Assembly (NCBI GenBank): GCA_026392015.1
Contig: JAPLCW010000174.1
Coordinates: forward strand, 1 to 64,000
DNA length: 64,000 bases
From: Candidatus Auribacterota bacterium
Lineage (GTDB): Bacteria > Auribacterota > Tritonobacteria > UBA1439
Direction: 5' to 3'
Positions 63,710 through 64,000 of this stretch are shown here, in pieces. Made by a program: the position numbers and the translations under genes. Within the stretch, counting starts at the first letter, position 1, and each line of letters opens with the position of its first letter. The notes beneath the pieces are model-generated. The model saw nothing but the letters and a program-made list of their open reading frames with translations. It did not search any database and was not told where the DNA came from.

Positions 63710-64000
63710 TGCTCGTCTCCTCCTTATGATATCCTCTTATATGAACACGCGGCAGCCGTGTCAATGACATTCTGGGCCGGGGCGAACAAATATCATTCAT
63801 GAAAAACAAATCGCCACTTTATCCGGTTTATCCGATGGTTATATTGTTCTATTCAACCGCGGATTACGCAGATGTAAAAACTGCCCGAGGTTTAGGGCGG
63901 AAAGAATAGCGACATTCCTCGAAGCTTCCGCTTTACGCTATCAACCGCAGTTCAATCCGCCCAATCCGCGTAATCTGCGGTTAAATCCTTTAGCCATCGG

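Overview
The window is bacterial chromosomal DNA, mostly about 55-65% GC, and looks like it comes from an uncultured, repeat-rich lineage. Most of it is coding, and several operons are translationally coupled. From left to right the features are as follows.

(1) Two paralogous histidine-kinase / CheY-like response-regulator modules, each with a small GIY-YIG gene. The first kinase is an N-terminally truncated copy of the second and is separated from its response regulator by an AT-rich GIY-YIG insertion. The second kinase is a 1149-aa TM-sensor-HAMP-4xPAS kinase translationally coupled to a UrtA/AmiC-like periplasmic binding protein.

(2) mtnP (MTA phosphorylase) and two tandem DUF1566 secreted paralogs.

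(3) An IS5/IS1182-like transposase remnant.

(4) A glycan locus: radical-SAM/SPASM protein, GT2, a GT39/PMT-like glycosyltransferase, three GT4s, a large membrane protein, Wzm/Wzt ABC exporter and a PQQ-like beta-propeller giant secreted protein. A perfect 19-copy heptanucleotide tract (TATTCTG)n lies between the divergent GT2 and GT39 genes.

(5) A compact bacterial microcompartment (metabolosome) locus: BMC-like shell protein, BMC-H, BMC-P, CoA-acylating aldehyde dehydrogenase, PduS-like flavoprotein, PduT-like BMC-T, and a class II aldolase with a C-terminal extension.

(6) A minus-strand operon: M90/MtfA-like peptidase, a secreted protein, and a 1049-aa transporter-HEAT-cNMP-binding fusion.

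(7) UbiB kinase, phasin-like protein, DoxX and a rhodanese.

(8) A complete 2.8-kb IS with 23-bp terminal inverted repeats and two ORFs.

(9) A Dus tRNA-dihydrouridine synthase and a TMTC-like DUF1736+TPR protein.

(10) A RAYT (IS200-like Y1 transposase) flanked by inverted repeats.

(11) A cobalamin riboswitch (minus strand) with sigma70-like promoter and intrinsic terminator, leading a secreted beta-propeller gene.

(12) A NikR-regulated CbiM/PDGLE metal-uptake module and a DUF89 protein.

Intergenic DNA is packed with at least seven distinct families of palindromic / MITE-like repeats, some inserted inside operons and one in-frame inside a coding sequence.
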